A stretch of 64,000 nucleotides of DNA from Torpedo marmorata (lineage: Eukaryota). The stretch covers positions 72,230,001 to 72,294,000 of the forward strand of contig OZ360223.1 of assembly GCA_977017645.1 (NCBI GenBank), read 5' to 3'. The notes beneath the pieces are model-generated. The model saw nothing but the letters and a program-made list of their open reading frames with translations, made no database searches and had not been told where the DNA came from. The translations under genes were made by a program, and so were the position numbers. Positions 1 to 13,400 of the stretch are shown here, piece after piece. Each line of letters begins with the position of its first letter. Position 1 is the first letter of the stretch.

Positions 1-2458
1 ATTGGTGCCAAATTATTCAAAGGAAAAAGTTCACTCTTATGTAGATTTAATTTATAACCTGAAAATGGGCTAAAATGAGAAATTAAAGAAAGCATAGAAG
101 GCAATGAAGTCTCAAGATTAGAAATAAAAAGCAATAAATCATCAGCATAAAGTGAAACTTTGTGGGCTGTGCCCTTCCTTAAAATGCCGGTAATATCATT
201 AGATTCTTGAAAAGCGATAGCTAAGGGTTCTAAAGCCAGGTCAAAAAGCAATGGACTTAAAGGGCATCCTTGTCTGGTTCTACGCTGAAGTTTAAATGGT
301 TTAGAATTCTGAAAATTAGTAAGAACACAGGCAGAAGGGGCTAGATATAGTAACTTAATCCATTGAATAAAGCCAGCCCCAAAATTAAATTTTTCTAAAG
401 TCTTAAATAAATAATTCCATTCTACCCAATCAAAAGCCTTCTCCGTATCCAAAGATATCACACATTCCGAAACCTCCTTAGAAGGAGAGTATATAATATT
501 TAGTAAATGGCGTACAGTATATTGAAATGGGAGTACCAATTTTTAAAAAAAAATATTTTATTTAAATTTTAAATTTTCACACAGTAATACATACATAAAT
601 AATATACATTGTTAATTTCGGTAAAGTCATAGTTATATTTGTATTACATAGTGCATCTATCCCTTCCCTTAACCCCCCCAAACCCTTATAACGTTTCAAA
701 CACTTCAAATTAAAATTATTATTTAATATTTAATATTTCTATCCCTCCCTCCACCCTTCCCCCCTTAAATTCCCTCCCCTTCCTAAAAACTAAAAAAAAA
801 AGAAGGAAAAAAGAAATTAATATAATATTACTTATTAGAAACATCTGTACGGATCGCCCGGGTGTCCACAGCTCGACGCAAGATTTTCAACAGTATTTTT
901 ATTACTTAAATTTGAGAGAGTCAACAGGGTCTAGGATGTGGAGTAACACATTTTTCATATTCATACCTAATAATTGGATATATGGACGCCAAATTTGCAA
1001 AAATACCCCATATTTATTTCTCATATGTTATTTTTTCCAATGGAATACAACTCTGCATCTCTGCATTCCATCTATCCATACCTAAATTTGTATCTGATTT
1101 GCAAGTTACTGCTATACACTTCCTTGCTACTGCTAAAGAGATTTTTACAAATTTCAATTGATATGTTGATAATTTCAACTTTGGTCTAGTTCCTTCCACA
1201 TTCCCTAATAAAATTAAATCAGGGTTTTGTGGAAATGTAACTCCCGTAATTTGTTTTAACAAATTCCCGAACTCCATCCAAAAGAATTTTACCTTGGAGC
1301 ATAACCATGTTGAATGTAAAAAAGTTCCCTCTTCACCACATCTAAAACACTTGTTTGATAATGTAGATTTTATCTTATTCAATTTTTGTGGTGTAAGATA
1401 TAATTGGTGTAAAAAGTTATACTGTACTAATCTATATCTTACATTAATAGTATTGGTCATGCTATCTTGACATAAATCCGACCATCTTTTTTCATCAATT
1501 ATTACATTAAGATCTTGTTCCCATCTCTGTCTAGATTTGTGAAGTCCTTGTTTTAAGGCTCCCCTTTGTAACAAGGAATATATTATAGAAATAAATTTTT
1601 TAGTATTTCCTTTCCTAATAAGAGTTTCCACTTCGCTACAACTTTGTAACAGCATATCCAAACCTAATTTTTCCCTTAAATATCCTCTTAATTGAAAATA
1701 ACAAAAAAGAGTATTGTTCGGTATTCCATATTTGTTTCTTAACTGTACAAACGACATCAATTGATCCTCTTCATAACAATCTTCTATCTTCTTTATTCCT
1801 ATCTGTGACCATATATTTAAAAATTGATCTTTTGTAAAAGGTATGAGATTATTCTGTATCAATGGCGTTTTAGGTGATATAGTTCCTTTCGTCCCTATCT
1901 CATCATTAATCTTGTTCCAAGCAATAATCAAGTGTTTTAATAATGGTGTTTCTTTAACTCCTACCAGTAATTTTGAGTTCCATTTATATATAAATTCTTC
2001 TGTTACTTTCTCTCCTATTTCTCCTAACTCTATTTTAACCCATGCAGGTTTTTCTTCACTTTCAAAAAAAGAAGTAATAAATCTCATTTGTGCCGCCCGA
2101 TAACCTCCCAACTCATATTTCCATGTTAAACGTTCCATAGAGAATCTTGACATTTTACCTCTCCAAAGAAATTTTCTCACTTGTTTATTTAAGTCTTGAA
2201 AAAAACCCTGTGGTAATAAGATAGGTATGGTTTGATACAGATATTGTATTCTTGGAAATATATTCATTTTAATACAATTAACTCTTCCTATCAATGTTAT
2301 AGGTAAATTAATCCATTTTTCCAAATCTTCGTTAACCTTTTTAAGTAATGGTAAATAATTCCATTTATATAAATTTTTAAAATTATTATCTTTTCGAATT
2401 CCTAAATATTTTATCCCATTATGCTGCCATTTAAACTGAGTATTTCTTTTACATATAG

Positions 2459-2575
2459 AAGTAAACACGAAAATCTGTAGACACCGTGGTTAGAGTAAAA
2501 AACACAAAAGCTGGAGAACTCAGCAGGTCAAACAGTGTCTTACTGTTTGACCTGCTGAGTTCTCCAGCTTTTGTG
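2459..2575. mobile_element. Penelope-like mini foldback insertion (pLTR end plus inverted copy)
   Basis: Perfect ~36-bp inverted arms around GTCTT; 15-bp direct repeat TTCTTTTACATATAG at 2444-2458 and 2576-2590; same sequence as the termini of the GIY-YIG element at 29967. Confidence 0.85.
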
Positions 2576-3752
2576 TTCTTTTACATATAGTGTAATCTCC
2601 TTCTGTAAGAGGCATAATTTCACTTTTGTCCCAATTTATCTTATAACCTGAAACTTTTCCATATTCTTCCAATTTAAAATGTAATCTTTGCAACGAGGTC
2701 TCAGGCTCTGTCAAATATATTAAAACGTCATCCGCAAATAAACTAATTTTATGTTGTTCTTGGCCAACTCTAAATCCCTTAATTTCCAAATCGCTTCTAA
2801 TTGCCTCTGCAAGTGGTTCTATAGCTAGTATAAATAAAGCTGGTGACAATGGGCACCCTTGTCTACCAGACCTCGTCAAGAACTTCTCTTTTGTAAATCC
2901 TTTTCTAAAATTGTTATTTCTGTTTGTAATTGGTCTATTTCTCTCACATATTCCTTTTTAATTTTTGAAGAATAACTTATAACTTGACCTCTTAGATATA
3001 CTTTCAGTGTTTCCCATATTACAAATTTATCGTGCATGGAGTTTAGATTTGTTTCACAAAATATCTGAATTTGCCTCCTTATAAAATCACAAAAGTCTGT
3101 TCTTTTTAATAATAATGGATTCAATCTCCATCTTTATATCGATTTTTCTTTATCAGGTACGGCAATTGTCATTAATAAAGATGAATGGTCAGACAAAATC
3201 CTTGCTTTATATTCTGCTTCTAATATTCTATCTTGCAATTGTGCTGAAACTAAAAATAAATCAATTCTAGAATAAGAATCATGCCTACTCGAGTAAAATG
3301 AATAATATTTTTCCCGAGGATGGATTCTTCTCCAGGCATCTATTAAATTTAAATCTTTCATTAATACCAGCGTAGCTTTCGCTGCCTTAGTTCTCTTCAC
3401 TCCTCTTTGTCGATCTATCTAAGACTGGATCTAAACAAAAGTTGAAGTCTCCTCCTATTATAATATTTTCATGTGCCTCTGCTATATTAAGAAAGGTTTC
3501 TTTTTTTAAAAATTTTATTTAAATTTTTAAATCACAAAATACATAGAATAAAATGCATATATTTGAAAATACATGTGATATACATTTTCTCCCCCCCCTT
3601 CCCACCTTCCCCTCCCTAACTCCTACATCTCCACTACTCTAAAAAAAATAAAATATATATATATAAAAAAATATATAGTAAAAGAGAAAAAGAAAAAAAA
3701 TTAAGAAAGGTTTCTTGAATAAATTTATCATCAACCACATTCGGAGCATATA

Positions 3753-4512
3753 CCGTATATTTCGGCGTATAAGTCGACCCTTGAAACCCTCAAAAATGTC
3801 TCAAAAAACGGGGGTCGACTTATACGCCAGATATACTTTTGAGACCTTAAAATCAGCTCAAAATCGAGTTCACGCCGATTCGGCGTATAAGTCGACCCCT
3901 GAAAACACGATTCGGCGTATAAGTCGACCCCTGAAAACACGATTCGGCGTATAGGTCGACCCTGGAAGCGCCTCCCCACTGCCGGCGCCGCCGCTCCCCG
4001 ACACCTCCCCACCGCCGGGCGCCGCCATAAACCACCCAGACATTCTACAATTGTAGAGCCCGAGGTCCCCGCTCCTACCCGGGAGAACGAGCTCCCCGCT
4101 CCTGCCTGGGAGAACGAGCTCCCTGCTCCTGCCTGGGAGAACGAGCTCCCCGCTACTGCTCGGGAGAACGAGCTCCCCGCTCCTGCTCAGGAGAAAGACG
4201 TCGCCGCACCTGCATCTTCCCGGCCAGAAGCAAAGGTTTTTTTTACTGTTTTTTTTACTTACCGGTACTTGCTTAATTTACAGCTTTGTTACTTGGCGAT
4301 TGGGATGTTGTAACAAATTTTGGGTTGTTGCTGGGAGGCCCAGACAGCCTGAAAATTGGGGGTCGACTTATACGCCGGTCAATGCGCAACATCTCAGGCA
4401 TCGCGATTTTTGGGGTCGACTTATACGCCGGATATACCATAAAACCATTAAAATGAGGCTGAAAAAGGGGGTCGACTTATACGCCGGTCGACTTATACGC
4501 CGAAATATACGG
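3753..4512. mobile_element. Tc1/mariner-superfamily MITE with Tc2/pogo-like CCGTA ends
   Basis: TIRs CCGTATATTTCGGCGTATAAGTCGACC and its reverse complement; TA on both sides; about 9 subterminal CGGCGTATAAGTCGACC motifs; internal 32-bp and ~27-bp tandem repeats. Confidence 0.9.
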
Positions 4513-7500
4513 TATATTAAAAAAAGTCAAAAATTCTGAATATATTTGGCAATGTATCATTACATTTCTCCCTACAGGATCCATCACAACATTTTGAATT
4601 TTAATTGGGAGATTCTCTTTTATTAAAATTGCCACACCTCTTGCCTTAGAATTAAATGAAGAAGCCGCTACATATCCCACCCAATCTCTTTTTAGTTTCA
4701 AATGTTCTTTCCCTGTTAAGTGTGTCTCTTTTAAAAAATCTACGTCTATACCCAATTTTTTAATATACGCTAATACTCTTTTCCTCTTAATTGGTCCATT
4801 TATCCCATTAATATTAACGTTCAAAAATTTTACTACCGGTATATTACTCATTTTAAGTTGCTATATTCATTCCTTTTAATGTTACCTCTTCCAACCCAGA
4901 CCCCTAACTCTCTCCCTTTTACTTCGTTCTCCACTCTCCATCGCGTCGATACATGTCTCCCCTGGCAATCCACACAAATAGAAAAGAAAAAATATAAAAT
5001 TAAAGAATACATTTCCCCCCCCTTTCACAATTATAAAAAAAACAAAATAAATTCTTCCCCTCTAGCACTGTTTAAATATATAGCGCTATACCCCCCTCCA
5101 TTTTACGGGTCACGACCAAAGTTGCAAAGTTATACATGATCCAGTAGCAGTCAGAACCTCACCCTCCTCCCCAACCCCCCTGGTATAACATTTTTATATA
5201 TATATTTTTTAAAAAAATAATCAGTTATCAAGTTTACTAAGCTTACATACTGATTGATACAAGTAACATAATTCTTGTAAAAACGTAGTTGTAACGGCCC
5301 ACATTCTAATTTTTCTCTTCATCCCCTCAGAACCTGCGGAAGTTCATTAGCAAATTCCTCTGCCAAGACATAGCTTGTAAAGAATTTGTTTGGTTGATCT
5401 GTCAGAAACACTTTCAAAGTCGCAGGATGTTGCAGTACAAATCTGTAGCCCTTCTCCCAAAGGATCTTTTTAGCTAGGTTGAATTCTTTCCTTCTCTTCA
5501 TTAAGTCGGCACTTAAATCAGGATAAAATAGAATTCTAGCATCATTATATATCAAAGGGCTTTGTCTTATTCATGCTTGTTCCATCGCCAATTGCAGAAC
5601 CTTCTCTCTATCTTGATAACGAAGAAATTTAATTAAAATTGCACGTGGGTTTTGATCTTGTAACGGCTTCACTCTTAAAGCCCTATGTGCTCTCAATTTC
5701 AATTGGAAGTTCAAACTTATCTTGACCTAATACTTCAGGTATCCACTTTTTAATAAAAGCAATCATATCTTGATCTTCCACTCCTTCTTTAAGACCAACT
5801 ATTTTTATATTATTTCTTCTGCTAAAATTCTCCAATATATCTACTTTCTGTTGAGCTTCTGATTTTCCATTGCTAGAGCTGCAGTAGTACTTTCCACCTT
5901 TTCCACTCTCTCATCAATATGTTCCATATCAGCTTGTACTTTCTTAACTTTTTCTTCAACTTTGTCCACTTTTAACTTTAATCCTTTTATCTTTTTCATC
6001 ACTTTTTTAATGTCTTTAATATCAGCCTTTATTTTTTTGAATTCATCCAATATTCTTGCTGCTGTTGCTCTTCAATTTTTGCCTTTTTTCCTTCACCATC
6101 TGTATCAGACTGGTCTGACTCTTCTTGTCCCGATGCTGCAGACTCAGCTGAGAGCTCCGGCGTTTCGCGCATGCGCGTTGCACTTCCGACTTCTTCCTCA
6201 TCGCCATGTTCCCGTTGGAGGTATGCAACGCCAGCAGAGGTCCCTGCCAGCGGTTCATCCTCCTGGGAATCAGTTTGAACGCAAGCTCCCTGCTGTTGAG
6301 GCCTTTTTTCAGTCTGAGTCTTCTCCTTGCGTTGGGCTTTAGGTAAGGCTGTGGCTCATTTATCTTTTTTTAAAGGCATTAGTACTGTTTTACTAATATT
6401 TGGACACTTTTGAAAAGGTTAAAATTCTTTAAAAACGTTTTTTAATCTGTACTTTTAAAAAATTTCCCAGGAGGGTCGGGTTACTGCGTCCTAACCCTAC
6501 AACATCACGTGACGTCCCCGGGAGTACCAATTTTTAATAAATCCAGTCTGATCATCAGATATAATGTGGTAAAATATTTTCAAGTCTACGAGCCAAAACT
6601 TTAGATAGAATTTTAGTGTCAACATTAAGTAAGGAAATTGGCCTATATGAAGAGCAGTCGACTGGATTTTTATTCTTTTTAAGAATTAGCGAGATAGAAG
6701 CCTCATAAAAAGACTGTGGCAACTTGCAAAGTTTAAAAGAATCAGAAAGAACAGAGCATAAATAAGGTGTAAGTAGTGAGGAAAAAGCCTTATAAAATTA
6801 TCCAGGAAATCCATCAGGACCTGGTGACTTCCCAGAATGTAGTGAACGTACAGCCTCGACAATTTCTTAATGGGAAATAGGTTGATCCAATTGCTTTTGA
6901 TTAGCAGCAGATAATACAGTTTATTCAATGTATACAGTAATTCAATTTATCTAAAAATATATTCATTACAATATTATCCTTAGGATAATCGGAACTATAC
7001 AGTTCAGAATAAAATTCTTTAAAGGTATCATTTATTTCTAAATGATCAATTGTCATAATACCATTAGCTTTGCAAATTTTTTTGATTTGATGTTTAGCTA
7101 CTGAAGCTTTTAATTGATTAGCCAATAGTTTACGTGTTTTATCTCCATGGATATAAAATTGACTTTTACCTTTTAAAAGTTGGCTTTCAATTGGATACGT
7201 TAAAAGAAGGTCATATTTAGTTTTAATTTCAACACGCCGTTTATATAAACCAGGATCTGGAGCCAGAGCATACCTTTGATCTAATTGTTTCAGTTGGTTA
7301 GCTAAATCAGTTTTCTCTTGATTAGCCTTTTTCCTAATACTTGCAATATAAGAGATAATTTGTCCCCTAATAAAAGCCTTAATAGCGTCACAAACAATAA
7401 GACTAGAAATCTCTTCCACAGTATTTTTTTCCAAAAAACAGTAATTTGTTCCTCCAAGAACTTTAAAAATTCCTTATCAGATAGTAAGGTTGAGTTAAAA

Positions 7501-7713
7501 CGCCAGTGTCTGTTTATTTGAGGAAGACCAGGAAAATTTAAGGATAGTAACACAGGAGCATGGTCAGAAATTACTATATTTTTGTATTCACAAGAACGAA
7601 TTAATGGGATCATTTGACTATCAATTTAAAAATAGTCAATCCGTGAGTATGTATGGTGAACAAGAAAAAAGCGAATATTCCCTGTGTTCTGGATGAAAAA
7701 AACGCCAGACATC

Positions 7714-8590
7714 TGTTACAAATTCAAACCAGCAACGACAGAAGACGCAATGCAAAAGGGGTAAAATTGAAATTTATATTTATTAAAGACAATTAAACAT
7801 ATAATTTCACAACAATTAACCCCACTATAAACGTCTATAAACACTATTCTTATCTAAAGAGTGTGTGTGTGTGTGTGTAAAGCCCAGACCATTACAGTCT
7901 GTGCCCAACCCTCATGTAAAAATGGAAAATCTTTCCCAAAACCCCCAGGTCAGTCATAAAAATAAGCCAGTCCCAAAAATACAGTCCACAAAAATTCACT
8001 CTCTATGTTCAGGGTCCACATTCAGCTCTGTGTGCTGGCACGAAGGACTTCTTAATGAACGTTGGAGAGAGAGACAATGACTGTTTAAGCTGACGAATGC
8101 TTGGCCTGCTTTTCTTCTCTGATGACTTTCCCTTTTGGTAGGTACACGAGGATTATGACTCCAAATCAGTATACCACTGATTGAGGCGTGTACTTGGATC
8201 TCACAGCCGGTCTCGCTGATCTCACGCCTGTTCTTCACAAAAGTTGTTTTAACTCAGGATTTTGCTGATACAGGAGGCCATGTGCTATTCTCCCAGCCTT
8301 TTCCCCTGGGATGCACAAGCCTGGATTTTGCTGTGTTCTCCAGCCTTTGCAACTCCAAAGAACTACTGAATCTGAATGCTTTTTGCAGAGGTTTGTACCT
8401 GCTTTTGCAAAAGTGCAACAAAGTATCTTTTCCACAGCCTGTCTCTCTTTGGTGTCTCTCTCTCTCTCTGAGTACTCCAAGTCCTGGGCAAGTTAACTCT
8501 TTCAGTACCTGGTCCCAGTGTGTACTCCAAAAGACTTCATCCTTCCTGCTGACCGTCAGCAGTCGAAATGGTCAGTCATGGTCCATAACA
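7714..8590 (-). mobile_element. Solo LTR, copy 1
   Basis: TGTTA...TAACA ends; 4-bp TSD CATC; near-identical to 55516-56362 in reverse orientation. Confidence 0.9.
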
Positions 8591-9177
8591 CATCAATAAT
8601 ACCACATTTTAATAAAAAAAGATTGAATGAATAATGCTGATTTATTCAAAGTGACTGGTTTATCAGGCGAGCGATCTGAGACTAACCAGCAGTTAAAGTC
8701 TCCTCCCATCACTAATGAGTAAAGACTTAAATCAGGTAAAAATGAAAAAAAAACGTTCATAAAATCCAGGGTCATCCACATTTGAGCATAAACATTAGCG
8801 AATACCACCAATTTGTTATACAATTTCCCTGTCACAATAACAAAACGATCATTTGTGTCTGAGACAACATTATGTTGAACAAAGGGAATTGTGTGATCTA
8901 TAAAAATCGATACCCCTCTGGATTTAGCCTGAAATGAAGAGTGAAACTGCAGCCCGTTCTACTGTCTAAAAAGGCGTGTGTTATCACTTTTGCGTATATT
9001 GTTTCTTGCAGAAATATAATTGGGACCTTAAATTTTTTAGCGTAAGCAAAGATTTTATTTTGTTTTACTGGGTGATTCAACCCATTAACATTAAAACTAA
9101 TTAAATTAATAGTTTGACTCATTTTAATTACTTAAAAAAAAGTAAAGGTCTAGCAAGTAAAGAGCTAATTCCAGTTA

Positions 9178-9511
9178 CAGGTAGTCCTCGACTTATGACC
9201 GTAATTGGGACCGAAGGATTGGTCATAACTCGGATTGGTTGTAAGTTGGATTCACCCTACTGCGCATGTCGTAACGAGGTCTTAAAGCAATTTTTCAAAA
9301 ACATTTTCAACAAATGAACCTTTAATGAAGAATCTCAACATGTGTACTGTACAGTACAGTACCTTTAATAAAGATACTCAACATATGAACTTCAAGTAAA
9401 TACTGTAATAAAGAATCTCAACATATATACAGTACTTTTAATACAAAAAAAAATTCTGTCGTATGTGCGGGTGGACGTAACTCGCGTAGGTCGTAAGTCA
9501 AGGACTACCTG
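9178..9511. mobile_element. Tigger/pogo-like MITE
   Basis: TIRs CAGGTAGTCCTCGACTTATGACC / GGTCGTAAGTCAAGGACTACCTG; TA TSD. Confidence 0.88.
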
Positions 9512-9741
9512 TATATTGAACAGGCATTGAAAATGAGATAACCAAAAACAGATGTGTTTCTGCAAAGCCAAAACAGCTTCCAAGAGAAAATTGACCACGA
9601 TTCCACTCTCCCCCCACAGCCAGATAGCCGACCAATAGACAGACGGCACGCTATTAACTACGTTTCCCATCCCCCAAAATCCCCTGCTGGCAAAACTCCA
9701 ATGTTATAATGAAACCTTAAATGAGCAAATGTAAATTTGCT

Positions 9742-10472
9742 CATGGTCCTGGAGAAACGCTATCTCGTCTTTACTGTGTATATGGTATGAACGACAAATA
9801 AAGGTGACTTGACTTGACTTGACTATTCCAAACGAGACAAAACATATCTACCGTTGAGGTCGGAAAGAGTACCAAGTTTCTTGGAGTGCACTTGGCGAAG
9901 AGTCTCAGCTGGTCCCTAAACACCAGTTCCATAGTCAAGAAAGCCCAGCAGCGTCTTTACTTCCTGCGAAGACTGAGGAAAGTTCATCTCCCACCCCCTA
10001 TCCTTACTACATTCTACAGGGGATGTATTGAGAGTAGTCTGAGCAATTGCATCACCGCTTGGTTTGGTAACTGTACCACCTCGGACCGAAAGACCCTGCA
10101 GAGGATAGTGAGGGCAGCGGAGAAAATTATTGGAGTCTCTCTCCCCACCATACAGACATCTACAACACACAATGCATGAGGAAGGCTAAAAACATTGTGA
10201 AGGACTTCTCACACCCCTTTGGTAAACTGTTTTCCCCTTTGCCATCTGGAAGGAGGTACCGAAGCACTCGGGCTCGTACGTCCAGACTGTGCAACAGTTT
10301 TTTCCCCCAAGCCATCAGGCTCCTCAATTCCTAGATATATATGTTTACTAGCATGCTATAATTTTTTCTATTGTATTATGATATTTATGTACATCTGCCC
10401 ATGGTCCTGGAGAAACGCTATCTCGTCTTACTGTGTATATGGTAATGAACGACAAATAAAGGTGACTTGACT
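9742..10472 (+). mobile_element. Rex1/Babar-type LINE 3' fragments with (TGACT)n tails; an ~80-bp 3' end precedes a longer truncated copy
   Basis: KKAQQRLYFLRRLRK...FYRGCIESSLSNCITAWFG (DUF1891-like); 9742-9823 duplicates 10400-10472. Confidence 0.85.
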
Positions 10473-10473
10473 T

Positions 10474-13400
10474 GTGGGACAGGAAATCTCATCTTCAATG
10501 GATTCAGATGATAAAAAGAGAGAGAAGGATGAAGAAATGGAGGAAGAAGTGGAAGATATGGAGGGAGAGGATGAAGAACTAAGTGGAGAAGAGGCTCAAT
10601 TACCTCAGGTCAAACAACAAATACAGATTTTGATTAATGCTATCGATAATTTAACAAAACAAGTGTCAAGGATGAATCAACGCATGGAATATAGAGTTAA
10701 TGGAATTGAAGAAGAAATGAAAGACATGAAGCAAGTTATGAGAAAACATACAAATACTGTGAATACAGTAATATCGAAAGTTCAAGAAATTGAAAATGAT
10801 ATTAAAGATCACTATGAAGAAATGGTGTATTATAAAGACAGAGTAGAAAAAGTGGAAGACTCATTTACAGGTTGGGAGCAACAAAGAAATGAACTTTTAC
10901 AAAAAATGGATGTATTGGAAAATCAGAGTCGGAGAAATGTTAAAATTGTGGGACTGCACGAAAATTTTGAAGTGGGGAATACGACTGAATTTTTTCAAAA
11001 ATGGATTCCAGATTTTTTGGGTATTGAAAAGTTTACGTATTGACTGGAATTAGAGAGAGCTCATAGAGATAGTAGAAAGAAACCGTATCCTGGACAAAGG
11101 CCACGCTCAGTGTTAATTAGATGTCTTCGATACCAGGATAAAGAGAAGATACTGCAAATAGCTGTTCAAAATGCTAGGAAGAACCAGAGTCCATTGATAA
11201 TTGATAATAATAAGGTATTTTTTTATCCTGATCTAAGTGCAGTAACAATTAAAAAACGAAAAGAATTCAATCCAGCGAAAGCAATTCTTTTTTGGAGTAA
11301 GGGATATAAATTTTCATTTAGATATCCTGCGTTTTTGAAGGTTCAGTCCACATAGAATCAATCATTCTTTTTTGCTGATTATCAACAAGCTTTGGAGTAT
11401 GCAAATTCACTTCCGAAATTGGGGAAAGATCAAGATTTGATGGGACAACATCAAGTTCAAGTTACTTTACCGACTCAGGATTTCCTTCCACCAAGTGCTC
11501 CAGGACAAGAAGATGGGGTCGAAATCGATGAGGATCAAGCTAATAGAGATCTCGAACAAGCTAAATGAAGAAATTATAACAAATGTTCTGTAAAATTGTT
11601 GGGGGGGGTGGACTTTTTGTCTTCTCCGTACCTAGTCACACATCACCTTAGTGGCGAGGGCCACTTCCCGAACAATGGAGGGTGGTAGTACTGAGGTAAT
11701 TTTGCCAGTATTAAATATAGTGGGGTTTTTAGTTTTTTGTTTTCTTTGTATTTTTTTTCTCTTTCTTTCTTAGGAGATGTCAAATAGACTACAAATGTGG
11801 AAGGGGGTGCCAGTGGATCTAATGGAGAGACAGTTATTAAATATTAGAAATGGCGGATAGTAAATTAATAAATGTAGTAAGTATTAATATAAATGGACTA
11901 AATAATCCGATTAAAAGGAAGAAAACTTTAGCATACATTAAAAAGTTAAATGTTGATATAGCTTTTTTACAAGAGACACATTTGACAGATATAGAACACC
12001 AGAAGTTGAAAAGAGAATGGGTTGGTCAAGTGGTTGCGTCTTCGTTTAATTCTAAAGCAAAAGGAGTTGCTATATTAGTTAATAAAAAGTTACCTTTTAA
12101 AATACAATCTGTGGTTATAGATGTGTCAGGAAGATATGTTTTAATAAATTGTCAGATATATTCAGAAATGTGGACACTTATGAATATATATGTGCCAAAT
12201 ATGGAAGATGAACAATTTATTCAAGATTCTTTTATGCATTTGTCAGAAGCAAATGATAATATCTTAATTGGTGGGGATTTTAATTGTTGTTTAGATCCAA
12301 TAATGGATAAAACATCGAAATCAACTATCAGAACCAAAACTGCTAAAAGAATTCTTACCTTGGTGAAAGATTTAAACTTAAAAAAAATTATATATAGGTG
12401 GAGATTTAATTCAAGAATTTTTACAGATTAATTCTAATTCGATTGATAATAAATTTATTATTTGGGAAGCTCTAAAGGCTTATTTAAGAGGTCAAATCAT
12501 AAGTTATTCAGCAAAAGTTAAGAAGGAATATGTTCGGGAAGTAGATAATTTGGAGAAGGAGATTGAGTTGTTGGAAAAGGATTTACAAAAAAGATCAGAA
12601 GAAAAGAGGAAAATTTTAATTGAAAAAAAATTGTATTACAATACGATACAAACATATAAAATGGAAAAATTAATTGAAAGAACTAAGCAAAGATATTATG
12701 AATTGGGAGAAAGAGCTCATAAAGTGTTGGCGTGGCAATTAAAGAAAGAACAAACTTCTAGAATGAAAAGTGCTATAAAAAAGAATTCAAAGAAAATAAC
12801 ATATAAACCTCGAGAAATAAATAATTCCTTTAAGGAATTTTATTTAAATTTATATAAATCTCAAACTGATAAAGATGATTCTAAAATTAATGAATTTCTA
12901 TCTAAAATTAAGTTACCTAGATTAAATACTCAAAGTAAAGAACTTTTAGATTTATCGTTTACGATGAGGGAAGTTAATGATGTTCTCAGTTCTTTAACGA
13001 GTGGAAATTCTCCAGGGGAGGATGGTTTCCCATCAGAATTTTATAAGGAGTTTAAGGATTTATTGATATCTCCATATATGGAGGTGTTAAAACCAATAAC
13101 GCAAACTCATTCTCTACTGGAAACATTTTCAAATGCAATAATCACAGTTATACCTAAAAAAGATAGAGATTTGTTGAAAACAGAATCATTTCGACCAATT
13201 TCATTGCTAAATGTGGATTATAAGATAATGGCGAAAATTTTAGCAAATAGAGTGGCTAAATATTTGCCAGATTTACTCCATGTAGATCAAACAGGTTTTA
13301 TTAAGAATAGATATTCAAAAGATAATATAGCTAGATTAATTAGTTTAATAAATGTGGCACAAAAGAAAGAGGAATTAGCATTAGTATTAATATTAGATGC

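Larger units (their letters stand above)
547..6519 (-). mobile_element. Full-span L1/Tx1-type LINE (element B): 5'UTR, ORF1 remnants, ORF2 with internal deletion, A-rich tail
   Basis: 18-bp TSD GGGAGTACCAATTTTTAA at 529-546 and 6520-6537; ORF1 pieces 5319-6258 (coiled coil, FYPDLS); APE 4851-3134; RT GRQGCPLSP/FADD 2520-2879; C-terminal CxxC...HxxWxC in ORF 1014-2468. Confidence 0.93.
1..9700 (-). mobile_element. Older L1/Tx1-type LINE (element A), decayed ORF2, split by younger insertions (own sequence about 1-528 and 6538-9700)
   Basis: APE start MSQTINLISFNVNGLNHPVK (9122), GGDFN, SDHAPV and AFIRGQIISY motifs; RT motifs (AFDWVEW, RQGCPLSP) readable on the - strand in 1-520; 5' boundary approximate. 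Confidence 0.85.

Noticed and set aside
3877-4195. CRISPR-like short repeats
   Set aside because: Direct tandem units with no unique spacers, inside a TA-flanked MITE in a vertebrate locus; no cas genes.
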